This document shows, piece by piece, positions 1 to 7,775 of a stretch of 24,196 nucleotides of DNA. Both the position numbers and the translations under genes were made by a program. The stretch's first letter is position 1, and each line of letters opens with the position of its first letter. Under the pieces are notes generated by a model that did no database searches, had not been told where the DNA came from, and was given only the letters and a program-made list of their open reading frames with translations. The stretch comes from Promethearchaeota archaeon (lineage in GTDB: Archaea; Asgardarchaeota; Thorarchaeia; Thorarchaeales; Thorarchaeaceae): positions 1 through 24,196 of the forward strand of contig WJMJ01000170.1 in the NCBI GenBank assembly GCA_014728035.1. Direction: 5' to 3'.

Positions 1-45
1 ACTGTTCCGTCCCCGCACGTGTGCGATGTCCTGGGATGATAAGGC

Positions 46-202
46 CTACCATCCGTAACACGTGGTGCGGGCGCGATACAATGACTCTCAATTAGCAGAT
101 GTCATCCGACCCATCCGTCCCAGCACACGCGGGCGCGATGTATATTGTCTACAGGTCGCGGCATGGGCCGGACCCATCCGTCCCAGCACACGCGGGCGCG
201 AT
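46..202. CRISPR. CRISPR-like mini-array: two identical 32-nt repeats and one degenerate repeat, with a further remnant at about 5-27
   Basis: GACCCATCCGTCCCAGCACACGCGGGCGCGAT occurs at 108-139 and 171-202. A degenerate copy, CTACCATCCGTAACACGTGGTGCGGGCGCGAT, is at 46-77. Unrelated spacers are 30 nt (78-107) and 31 nt (140-170). No cas genes are in the window. Confidence 0.55.
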
Positions 203-290
203 ACTGACGGATCGTACCACAACCGATTGGGTTGGCGAGCGTATCATCTAAATGACCTCCCTCGCCTTTTGGCCACGAATGGATGGCCCT
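203..290. other. Structured GC-rich flank of the array (possible leader or ncRNA scaffold)
   Basis: Three consecutive hairpins: CAACC/GGTTG (about 220-234), GGCGAG/CTCGCC (about 234-266) and GGCCA/TGGCC (271-288). Confidence 0.3.
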
Positions 291-297
291 AAATATG

Positions 298-1236
298 CTA
301 TTTTATATCATGATTAGTAATTATATATGGCGGGTCGAGCTTCTTTTGTGAATCATAGCCACCAAATTCACGACGGAAGAAGCATGCTCTTCTCTTGTGT
401 GGCTTGGTTTTCTCTTCCAATTCTTTCTGGATTTTCGGATCCATTGGTCGAAAGCTTTTGGCTATAGCCACGTTTTCTTCTAATTGTTCTACCGAATCCA
501 TCCCCACTATTACCGTACCGACATCCTGGGACAAGGCATAGGTGAGTGGTTCCCAGGAAGTGGTTGCTGCTTTGGGATGGAAGACGAAACCTTGGGCGAA
601 TACCTTCATCCCGATCACTCCCATGTTGTCCTTCTTCGCTTCTTTCAACACCGTCTTAATAAAGGGCGGGTCCATAGACATGTCCCCCATGTTAACGGGG
701 CAAAGGACTGTATCGAAGGGATGTCTTTTCATTATTTCTAAAAGGACTCTGGGATAACTATGGCCGGTTATTCCTAGTTTCTTTACAACTCCTTCTTCTT
801 GCATCTCAAGAAGAGCTTCTAGTGCTCCATTTTTACCTGTTACTCTATTTACTTCTTCCATGGTGTCTAGGTGATGAATTTGCCAAATATCGATATAATC
901 TGTCTTCAATCTTTTCAGAGATTTTTCTATTTCTTTTAGACTACCGTCTCGATCTCTCACGTCTGTTTTCGTTGCAAGAATTATTTTGTCTCTCCACCCA
1001 CCCATCGCTTCGCCATAATAATTTTCTGATTCTCCATAAATGGGCGAAGTATCCATGTATCTAATTCCAAGATCAAATGCTTTTTGTATTATCTCTACAC
1101 AATTTTCTTTGTCTCCATGTGACTCCAGAGATCCTTGACCTCCGAGGCTAATTATGGGCACATCAAATCCGGTCTTTCCCAATTTTCTTGTTGGGATGTC
1201 ATTATTCTTGTCTTCAAACAGACAGTTTAATCTCAT
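298..1236 (-). CDS. Aldo/keto reductase
   Basis: Motifs RKLGKTG..LGG, DTSPIYG, LATK and SLKRLKTDYIDIWQIH. The catalytic D/Y/K/H tetrad is present. Confidence 0.93.
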   Translation of the reverse strand: MRLNCLFEDKNNDIPTRKLGKTGFDVPIISLGGQGSLESHGDKENCVEIIQKAFDLGIRYMDTSPIYGESENYYGEAMGGWRDKIILATKTDVRDRDGSLKEIEKSLKRLKTDYIDIWQIHHLDTMEEVNRVTGKNGALEALLEMQEEGVVKKLGITGHSYPRVLLEIMKRHPFDTVLCPVNMGDMSMDPPFIKTVLKEAKKDNMGVIGMKVFAQGFVFHPKAATTSWEPLTYALSQDVGTVIVGMDSVEQLEENVAIAKSFRPMDPKIQKELEEKTKPHKRRACFFRREFGGYDSQKKLDPPYIITNHDIK

Positions 1237-1808
1237 CTTTTTTGCATTTTCCCAGGAAAGTAATTATTGTCGGCCATTTTGGGGTGTGTGTGAAATACGA
1301 AAGTGTCGTCTATGTCATCAAGAGCTTCTATTGGCTTGACTTTCTTTGGATCATATGGTACTTCTATCTCTACATGGTCCGGTGTCCCGATTCTTTTTAA
1401 TTCTGTCGCCCTGGCCCCTCTTTCTCCCCTAGTACTTACCCCACCGACTTCCTTGCCAGTTGCGGTCGGTACTTGAGAACCAAACTGTTTTACTTGAGAT
1501 TGCAATTTTGGGTCGCCTTTACCAAATTTTCCGTCCGCTTCTCCAGAGATGTCGAATCCCATGTCTCTCAACCCATTTACCAATATATCAATGTTGTTCT
1601 GTGACAATGCTTCTTTGACTAACTTGTTGTATGTTTCAGCGTTGATTTTTGGTGTTTTGCCATGGGCTGGTTTGATTAAAACATATCCGCCCTCTTCTGG
1701 ATATATCACAGATGGTTTGCCTATTTGGAACATTGCTACCGCAGAAATCAGGTCCTGCAATGATGGAATTCTTGACACTATTGATTTGTGCACACTATCT
1801 AGTTTCAT
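1233..1808 (-). CDS. Hypothetical protein with a C-terminally truncated JAB/MPN-like motif
   Basis: KEVGGV followed by VFHTHP......FP, but the ORF stops before the expected S-x-x-D. It has 4-nt ATGA overlaps with both neighbours. Confidence 0.5.
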   Translation of the reverse strand: MKLDSVHKSIVSRIPSLQDLISAVAMFQIGKPSVIYPEEGGYVLIKPAHGKTPKINAETYNKLVKEALSQNNIDILVNGLRDMGFDISGEADGKFGKGDPKLQSQVKQFGSQVPTATGKEVGGVSTRGERGARATELKRIGTPDHVEIEVPYDPKKVKPIEALDDIDDTFVFHTHPKMADNNYFPGKMQKR

Positions 1809-2770
1809 AATTCTTCGACCTCGTTGGGTGAATATTCAGGTTCTTCATTAGAAGCCATTGCCAATATCAAGTATTTTTGGTCAGATCCATATGCTCTATT
1901 TTCAAATTCTTCTCGAGCCATATAACTATAAGAGAACTTTCCTGGGTCTCTAAAAATAAGACCATCGTCATAATATCCCACTATTAGCACAAAATGGTGG
2001 TATTCTTTGTTTTCTTTTAGGACTGCCACTACCATGGGTATTTTATCATCTAGAGTCTTTATTATGTTGTCGTAGCTTAGTTTTTCTCTGTGTGTCTTTA
2101 GGCCCATCTCATTCGCCACTTTTTGTATTTTGCTTAGCTTTACGCCAGATTTCTTAGTAATACCAAGCTTTTCAATTATATCAGATTCTCTGATGTTGTG
2201 ACCATAATAAGCTGATACCATCTGTATGACGGTGGCTCCACAAGAATAATGTTCAGATTGTCTTGATGGGGGTATTTCTACTGGTATACGAGCGCCTGGT
2301 AAATCCTGGACTTCGTGTTCTACTTCTTCTTTCAGAGCTTTTCTTTGTTTTAAGATGAGTTTTCTTTTCATTTCTGGCGTTAGTCTTGGTTTTTTCTTGC
2401 TTTCTTTATCCAAACCTATTTCTGCTCTAATATAAGGCACATAGGCTTGTGGGATTGTTTTATTATCAACAGCCTTGTCGATAGCTTTGCTAACTTGTTG
2501 TTCCAAGTAAGAAGGTCCTAGACTTATAGATTTCAGATGCCTGTTAGAGCGATCTGGCTTGTAATTTATTATTTTTATACATTCTTGTGATTTAATGGCG
2601 TCAAATATGTCGAGAATTGAAATATCGTTCTCTTTGAGAGGGATTTTCAGACGGCCGGTTCCAGATACAATGGCATTCCTTACCGAATCGGCAAGTATCA
2701 TATTGGTTTTGTTTCTGTTGTAGAAGCAATGTGGTTCGTTGCATTTTTCAGTAATTGTATTTAATTTCAT
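1805..2770 (-). CDS. C39-family cysteine peptidase with an unknown N-terminal region
   Basis: Q..Y-SCGA (catalytic Cys), HFVLIVGY (His) and FRDPG (Asp) in the C-terminal half. Confidence 0.85.
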   Translation of the reverse strand: MKLNTITEKCNEPHCFYNRNKTNMILADSVRNAIVSGTGRLKIPLKENDISILDIFDAIKSQECIKIINYKPDRSNRHLKSISLGPSYLEQQVSKAIDKAVDNKTIPQAYVPYIRAEIGLDKESKKKPRLTPEMKRKLILKQRKALKEEVEHEVQDLPGARIPVEIPPSRQSEHYSCGATVIQMVSAYYGHNIRESDIIEKLGITKKSGVKLSKIQKVANEMGLKTHREKLSYDNIIKTLDDKIPMVVAVLKENKEYHHFVLIVGYYDDGLIFRDPGKFSYSYMAREEFENRAYGSDQKYLILAMASNEEPEYSPNEVEEL

Positions 2771-2774
2771 GTTT

Positions 2775-2785
2775 TATATTTGATC
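2775..2785 (-). promoter_or_regulatory. Putative late-promoter motif GATCAAATATA
   Basis: Lies 4 nt before the ATG of the C39 operon. Similar motifs precede the genes at 12268, 18495 and 20855. Confidence 0.4.
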
Positions 2786-2811
2786 AATTTTTCGGTGCTT
2801 TATAAAAAGAC

Positions 2812-3144
2812 ATGGAATACGAGAGCAGACTTGTCCAGGTTGTGTCGACCGGTTATTGTCCATGCAGCATTTGTTGCGGGAAGGATGCCGATGGCAAAAC
2901 ATGCACTGGGAGAGATGCATATCTCGAAGGGGTGGCTGTTGATCCTTCAATCATAGCTCTCGGAAGTAGAATAGATATACCTGGGTATAATAGGGGATCT
3001 AATAGTAATGGGTCTTGGATATTGGCAGATGACGTTGGTGGTGCTATAAAAGGCCATAGAATAGACGTTCGTTTCAAAACACACGGAGAAGCTAAAAAAT
3101 GGGGCAAGAAGAAAATAAAGATAAGAGTGTGGACGAAGAAGTAG
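2812..3144 (+). CDS. 3D (Asp-Asp-Asp) domain protein, MltA-like putative peptidoglycan lytic transglycosylase
   Basis: TGYCPCSICCG, VAVDPSIIALGS, ADDVGGAIKGHRIDV and A.KWG motifs. Confidence 0.9.
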   Translation: MEYESRLVQVVSTGYCPCSICCGKDADGKTCTGRDAYLEGVAVDPSIIALGSRIDIPGYNRGSNSNGSWILADDVGGAIKGHRIDVRFKTHGEAKKWGKKKIKIRVWTKK

Positions 3145-3332
3145 ATTCTATTAATTTATCGATCGATGAAATAATTGCTTTGGCATATGCTCTAGAGTAT
3201 GAGTATAATGATGAGGTTCATGGTCTAATTGGGCGTATCTTGGAAAAAATAGAGCAAGGACTTCATATTGATGCCTATGTCGGAAGTCGACTGGCTGAGT
3301 ACGGACGGATAATGGGATGGTCTAAGGAGTAA
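3099..3332 (+). CDS. Hypothetical protein (start may be GTG at 3129)
   Basis: The ORF fills the gap in the plus-strand operon. No motif was recognised. Confidence 0.6.
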   Translation: MGQEENKDKSVDEEVDSINLSIDEIIALAYALEYEYNDEVHGLIGRILEKIEQGLHIDAYVGSRLAEYGRIMGWSKE

Positions 3333-3334
3333 TA

Positions 3335-3514
3335 ATGAGTAAGAATCAAACTCAAGATAAGATTGTTGATACAATCCGCCAAATGAATAATAATGGCCTC
3401 AGAATTGGCCAAATAATGTCTAACGTTTTCGACATAATAGCCAAAAATGGCATAGATCCTTTTTTCGTAGAAGATGATAAACTACTGAAACATTTAGAAG
3501 AATTTAACAACTAA
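3335..3514 (+). CDS. Small phage protein, 59 aa, LRxGQ...DPFFxED type (not in the ORF track)
   Basis: Translated by hand as MSKNQTQDKIVDTIRQMNNNGLRIGQIMSNVFDIIAKNGIDPFFVEDDKLLKHLEEFNN. An AAGGAG ribosome-binding site lies just upstream. Confidence 0.8.
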   Translation: MSKNQTQDKIVDTIRQMNNNGLRIGQIMSNVFDIIAKNGIDPFFVEDDKLLKHLEEFNN

Positions 3515-3526
3515 GGCAACCATATT

Positions 3527-4534
3527 ATGAAATTAGAAGACCTATTGGGTCCCGATGAGGGGCTGGTGGCTATACATACCCACAACACGCCAGATCCAGA
3601 CGCACTGGCTTCTGCTTTTGGCGTACAGTGGATATTAAAAAAGCATGGCAGAGAATCGCATATCTTTTATGATGGAGAAATATCGCACCCACAAAACAAG
3701 ACGATGGTAAATTATCTTGGAATAGGAGCACAGAGAATAGAAGATTTTGATCATGAGAAGTACGATTATAATATAATAGTTGACGCTACGGAGAGCAATT
3801 CAACAACCAAGGAACCCGATGTTGTCATAGATCACCATAAATCAAAAACGAAAGCGAAACATCACATAATCGAATCTGTTGGGTCTGTTTCCACTTTAGT
3901 TATGGAATTAATAAACAAATTTGGTGTGCCATTTGAGGATGAATTAGATTTTAATGTTGCCACTGCTTTGTATATAGGCATTAAGACAGATACTAATGAT
4001 TTGTTGAGCGACAACGCCATAGACAGAGATTATAAGATATCAATATCTTTATTGCCACATGTCGATAAAAAGAAGCTTCAGGCAATAGTTGAATACCCAT
4101 TGCCTGCTTATTTTTATGAATTAGAATATGAATTGCAACAAGAGGGCAATAATAAAATAGAAGGATCGTGTTGGGTTGGAAGTGTTGGTGTCATAGCAAG
4201 AGCTAAACGTGACGCGTTGCCGATTTTGGCAGAAAAGATGTTGAGAAGAGAAGGTATAGAGACATCTGTTGTGTTGGCTGTTGTCGGTGATGTCCTTGAT
4301 GCCAGTATAAGAAGCACAAATGCGTCTCTTAACGTTGATCAATTCTGTAAGAAAGTCTTTGATAAAAATCATTCGGGTGGGAAATTGGGTGCAGGCGGAA
4401 CAAAATCTCCTCTTGGTGTTTGCAGCCTAGAAGTAGATGGCAAGTCAATGCCAGATGAAATAAGAGATCGCATGTGGAATGGTATAAAAGATGGATTATT
4501 TTATAAAATCCTTCACATTGCGTCTGGCAATTAA
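3527..4534 (+). CDS. DHH/DHHA1 phosphoesterase (NrnA-like oligoribonuclease / pAp phosphatase family)
   Basis: HNTPDPDALAS, IIVD, VIDHH, GIKTDT, SIRS and GG...AGG motifs. Confidence 0.92.
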   Translation: MKLEDLLGPDEGLVAIHTHNTPDPDALASAFGVQWILKKHGRESHIFYDGEISHPQNKTMVNYLGIGAQRIEDFDHEKYDYNIIVDATESNSTTKEPDVVIDHHKSKTKAKHHIIESVGSVSTLVMELINKFGVPFEDELDFNVATALYIGIKTDTNDLLSDNAIDRDYKISISLLPHVDKKKLQAIVEYPLPAYFYELEYELQQEGNNKIEGSCWVGSVGVIARAKRDALPILAEKMLRREGIETSVVLAVVGDVLDASIRSTNASLNVDQFCKKVFDKNHSGGKLGAGGTKSPLGVCSLEVDGKSMPDEIRDRMWNGIKDGLFYKILHIASGN

Positions 4535-4590
4535 TGTGCGACAAAACATAACAAATTAATTCATTCAAAGACGTACAAATTGTTGCAATA

Positions 4591-4634
4591 CTCCTCGTGT
4601 CAAAGTTACATAAGACGTAGCGCAATGCGAGGAG
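4591..4634 (+). promoter_or_regulatory. Anti-Shine-Dalgarno hairpin upstream of the metallophosphoesterase
   Basis: CTCCTCG (4591-4597) is complementary to CGAGGAG (4628-4634), which contains the RBS of ATG 4641. Confidence 0.5.
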
Positions 4635-4640
4635 AAATTC

Positions 4641-5441
4641 ATGCCGAAGAAAAAAAGAAGAATTTTAATTATCTCCGATCTTCACTCCGGTCATCAAGTT
4701 GGATTAACACCGCCTTCCTGGCACGATAAAGTACCCGACACAGCCGACCCCGCACGCAAAAAACTAGCCGAATTTCGCGAACAATCCTACGAAGTCTATT
4801 ATAAGACAGTAAAGAAGTTGAAGCCCATTGACATATTGATAGTCAATGCTGATTGTATTGATGGTAGAGGAGAAAAGAGCGGTCAAACTGAACTTCTTAC
4901 CAGCAGCAGAGACAGGCAATGTGATATGGCGGCAGAAATTATCAAATTTGTCAATGCTAAAAATATCGTTATGACATATGGAACTCCATATCACACAGGA
5001 TCGCTTGAAGATTTTGAAGATCAAATAGCCAAAGAAGTGAAAGCTGAAAAAATAGGCGGGCATGAATGGGTTGAAGTGAACGGTTTAGTATTTGACATTA
5101 AACATAAGGTTGGTAGTTCGACGATTCCTCACGGAAGAATGACACCAATAGCAAAAGAACGTTTGTGGAACCTGTTGTGGTCTGAGCGAGAAGAGAGCCC
5201 CAAATCGAATATCATAATAAGATCACATGTCCATTACCATAATTATTGTGGTGGGGATGATTGGTTAGCTATGACTACCCCAGCCTTACAGGGTCCGGGG
5301 TCAAAATATGGAACTAGACAATGTGCTGGAACTGTTGATTTTGGCATGATACATTTTGATGTTAATGCGAGTGGGAGTTACGAATGGCAATCTCACATAA
5401 CAAGACTGCTAGACAGAAAAAAGATGTTACTGAAACTATAG
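4641..5441 (+). CDS. Calcineurin-like metallophosphoesterase, phage type
   Basis: ISDLHSGH, ADCIDG, GTPYH, KH and RSHVH motifs. Confidence 0.85.
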   Translation: MPKKKRRILIISDLHSGHQVGLTPPSWHDKVPDTADPARKKLAEFREQSYEVYYKTVKKLKPIDILIVNADCIDGRGEKSGQTELLTSSRDRQCDMAAEIIKFVNAKNIVMTYGTPYHTGSLEDFEDQIAKEVKAEKIGGHEWVEVNGLVFDIKHKVGSSTIPHGRMTPIAKERLWNLLWSEREESPKSNIIIRSHVHYHNYCGGDDWLAMTTPALQGPGSKYGTRQCAGTVDFGMIHFDVNASGSYEWQSHITRLLDRKKMLLKL

Positions 5442-5695
5442 TTACAGATGATTTGGCGTCAGCAATAAGGGAATTGAGGTCACACAGTAATGAACAAGAT
5501 TTCAGTGATTGCTATTCAATAGAAGATATATGCAATAGATTGGGCGAAAACTACAGAAATGCTAGAAATATAATTAAAGATTGTATGGCAAACGGAACAT
5601 GCGAATATGCCGGTAAAAGGCGCGGAAGAGGTATTGATGGAAGAATAACAAAAACTCCAGTATATAGATTCAAATTCAAAAATAAGAAGAAATAA
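5384..5695 (+). CDS. Hypothetical basic protein, possibly winged-helix DNA-binding
   Basis: YSIEDICNRLGENYRNARNII looks like a helix-turn-helix and is followed by a basic beta-hairpin-like segment. Confidence 0.55.
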   Translation: MAISHNKTARQKKDVTETIVTDDLASAIRELRSHSNEQDFSDCYSIEDICNRLGENYRNARNIIKDCMANGTCEYAGKRRGRGIDGRITKTPVYRFKFKNKKK

Positions 5696-6085
5696 ATGAT
5701 AAAATCTCATTTGTTTCGCAATAAACGATTCAAGTTCTTTTTTCGTCACCCAAAGAACAAGAATCACCTTGGGACTTGCAGTTCAGAAGATAAGGAAATA
5801 GAAATATCGCCAAAACTTAAAGGAGAAGAACTTTTAGATTGCGTCATACATGAATCCATACATGCTTGTTTGCCAGACATTGATGATGACGCGGTTGACG
5901 AGACTTCTACTTCTATAGCTAAGTTGCTTGTAAGGTTAGGAATAGGAGAAATAGAGATGCAAAGCAAATTTGTTAAGAAGCCTCAAAAGAGTCAGGGCGG
6001 CATGAAAGGCAAACCACAGAACCAAGGTTCTGAGAAAAATTTCACACGTATTTCACACAGCAGCAAGAACATCAAGAAAAAATAA
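5696..6085 (+). CDS. HExxH zincin-like metallopeptidase
   Basis: LGTC...EIEISP...CVIHESIHA followed by a downstream Glu. The basic tail may also be made from an internal AGGAG-ATG at 5957. Confidence 0.7.
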   Translation: MIKSHLFRNKRFKFFFRHPKNKNHLGTCSSEDKEIEISPKLKGEELLDCVIHESIHACLPDIDDDAVDETSTSIAKLLVRLGIGEIEMQSKFVKKPQKSQGGMKGKPQNQGSEKNFTRISHSSKNIKKK

Positions 6086-6112
6086 TGGTTTGGTGAGATT
6101 ATGGTTCTAACA

Positions 6113-6139
6113 TTGCCCCAAGAGGTTATTTTGGGGCAA
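6113..6139. other. Intergenic stem-loop
   Basis: TTGCCCCAA-N9-TTGGGGCAA is a perfect 9-bp stem. It can be extended by AACA/TGTT. There is no U-tract. Confidence 0.5.
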
Positions 6140-6166
6140 ACGCATGTTCCGTGTCAAGGAGAAATC

Positions 6167-6442
6167 ATGCCATACATACCAGTAGAAGCCAGAGAAGAGT
6201 TAGATAACAGCATAGAAAACTTGGCAAATTCGCTTACCAACGAAGGAGAAGTAAATTACGCAATCACTAGAATTTTGAGCATTGCGTGTGGTGTTTCTGA
6301 ACCACGTTATAGCAAAATCAATAAGGCAATTGGCATATTGGAATGTGCTAAGTTGGAATTCTACAGAAGACTTGCTAAATACGAAGACAAAAAGATTGAC
6401 GAAAACGGTGATGTATATGAATATAAAGAGAGCAAAGTGTAA
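6167..6442 (+). CDS. Conserved phage protein (DUF6899-like)
   Basis: MPYI...R..GEVNYAITR...RYSKIN.AIGILECAKLEFYRRL..YEDKKI.ENGDVY. An AAGGAG RBS supports ATG 6167 rather than 6101. Confidence 0.75.
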   Translation: MPYIPVEAREELDNSIENLANSLTNEGEVNYAITRILSIACGVSEPRYSKINKAIGILECAKLEFYRRLAKYEDKKIDENGDVYEYKESKV

Positions 6443-6627
6443 TGGTGTCATATAGATATAGGTGCGGTGGGTGTTGTTTGATTATTGATGAAGAATTTAA
6501 GATGGGCACTGCGCCATCGAGAATAAAATGTTCGTGTGGTCAATATGCGGACAGGGTTTATACAGTTCCTTCTGTTAGGGTGCCAAATCCAGTTAGCAAC
6601 GCACGCGCTGGCAGGGGTCGTGGATAG
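6442..6627 (+). CDS. FmdB-like zinc-ribbon protein
   Basis: Y.YRCxxC...CxCG...RVY..P pattern. Confidence 0.7.
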   Translation: MVSYRYRCGGCCLIIDEEFKMGTAPSRIKCSCGQYADRVYTVPSVRVPNPVSNARAGRGRG

Positions 6628-6636
6628 GAGAGCGTC

Positions 6637-6960
6637 ATGAAAATGAAAGAATTTTGTAATCAAATTGAATCTTCTAAAGATATGAGTGGTGTTGGTATGG
6701 AATTGGGCGAAAATGATAAATTAAAGAGCGTGATTGTCAAGAGTGAGTTTACTGGTCTTGATGTAAAGTTGCCTGTTGAGGCCATAGAAAAATCTGATTG
6801 GAGCACAATCAGTGACATAATTGCTGGGAAAAGAGAACCTGCTGTCTTACAACACATGAGCAGGGTAGTAGGTTATTTTAGTAAAATAGAAAATTGGAAT
6901 TCGAGCAAGATTGGTGAATTGCACGACAGACAAAAGGGCGATTACCAACTTAAGGATTGA
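6637..6960 (+). CDS. Stand-alone NrdD-type glycyl-radical domain protein
   Basis: The C-terminal SRVVGYFSKIENWNSSKIGELHDR is the class III RNR glycyl-radical motif (Gly codon at 6871-6873). An AGGAG RBS is present. Confidence 0.85.
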   Translation: MKMKEFCNQIESSKDMSGVGMELGENDKLKSVIVKSEFTGLDVKLPVEAIEKSDWSTISDIIAGKREPAVLQHMSRVVGYFSKIENWNSSKIGELHDRQKGDYQLKD

Positions 6961-6965
6961 ACCAA

Positions 6966-7775
6966 ATGAAGATGTCTGTAATTACAGAAACCACGGAACT
7001 GGAATTTACTGAACCAGAAGGATATTTCGTGTATGGTGGTGATAAATATCCATATTGGGGCAATCCTGGTGGTAGATCAAAGACTATCGAATATGAAGTG
7101 GGTAAATTCAATCGATATGCAAAGATGGGTCATGCCGCTGATGAGTTGGTTGAAAAATTCGAGCGGAACGTAAAACAAGATTGGAAAGGTGTTAAAGGCA
7201 GATGCTCCTATGCTTGTTTAGTAATGATGAAATATGGAATAAGAATAGGAAATGAGGATTCTGCTGTCGGGTATGAGTCTGGCCTAGAAGAAACTGAGGG
7301 CGAAATAGTACAGACATATGGAACCACTACTCTATTAAACAAACATGTGTTTGTGGAAGAAGACAAAATAATTCTCGATTTTTTGGGCAAAACCCAAGTC
7401 GAACAACATGTGGATATAGATGATCCATTCGTTGTAGAATATGCGAAGAGATATGATGATTCGGATCGTCCAGAAGAGAAATGGCTTGGGATTGACTATG
7501 ATATGCTGTTTGATTTTGTAAAAAGTGAAGTCGGCGATTCTTTTGTACCCAAAGATTTTCGGACTTTTTGTGCAAATGTGACCGCGTGGAATGAAATTAA
7601 ATCATATCTTGACAACCCAAAAAGAGAAACAAGAACAGATGTTAACAATGAAATAAAAAGTGTTGTTGAAGCTGTTGCTAATCAATTGGGTAATACGCCC
7701 GGAATATCAAAACGTAATTATATTGATTCCAGAATGTTGGACTGGTTTAAGAGCAAAAGACTAAATGAAGAATAA
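6966..7775 (+). CDS. DNA topoisomerase IB, catalytic domain with a short N-terminus
   Basis: IRIGNE, TYGTTTL...HV, LDFLGK, KDFRT and LGNTPGISKRNYID give the R-K-R-N-Y pentad. AAGGA upstream supports ATG 6966. Confidence 0.88.
   Translation: MKMSVITETTELEFTEPEGYFVYGGDKYPYWGNPGGRSKTIEYEVGKFNRYAKMGHAADELVEKFERNVKQDWKGVKGRCSYACLVMMKYGIRIGNEDSAVGYESGLEETEGEIVQTYGTTTLLNKHVFVEEDKIILDFLGKTQVEQHVDIDDPFVVEYAKRYDDSDRPEEKWLGIDYDMLFDFVKSEVGDSFVPKDFRTFCANVTAWNEIKSYLDNPKRETRTDVNNEIKSVVEAVANQLGNTPGISKRNYIDSRMLDWFKSKRLNEE

Noticed and set aside
62-292. 76-aa plus-strand ORF with repeated PIRPSTRGRD
   Set aside because: It is a by-product of the 63-nt repeat spacing. The previous unit is 62 nt and out of frame, and there is no RBS.
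6101-6166. Longer start for the DUF6899-like gene
   Set aside because: The family-like sequence begins at MPYI with a good RBS, and the extension covers a hairpin.
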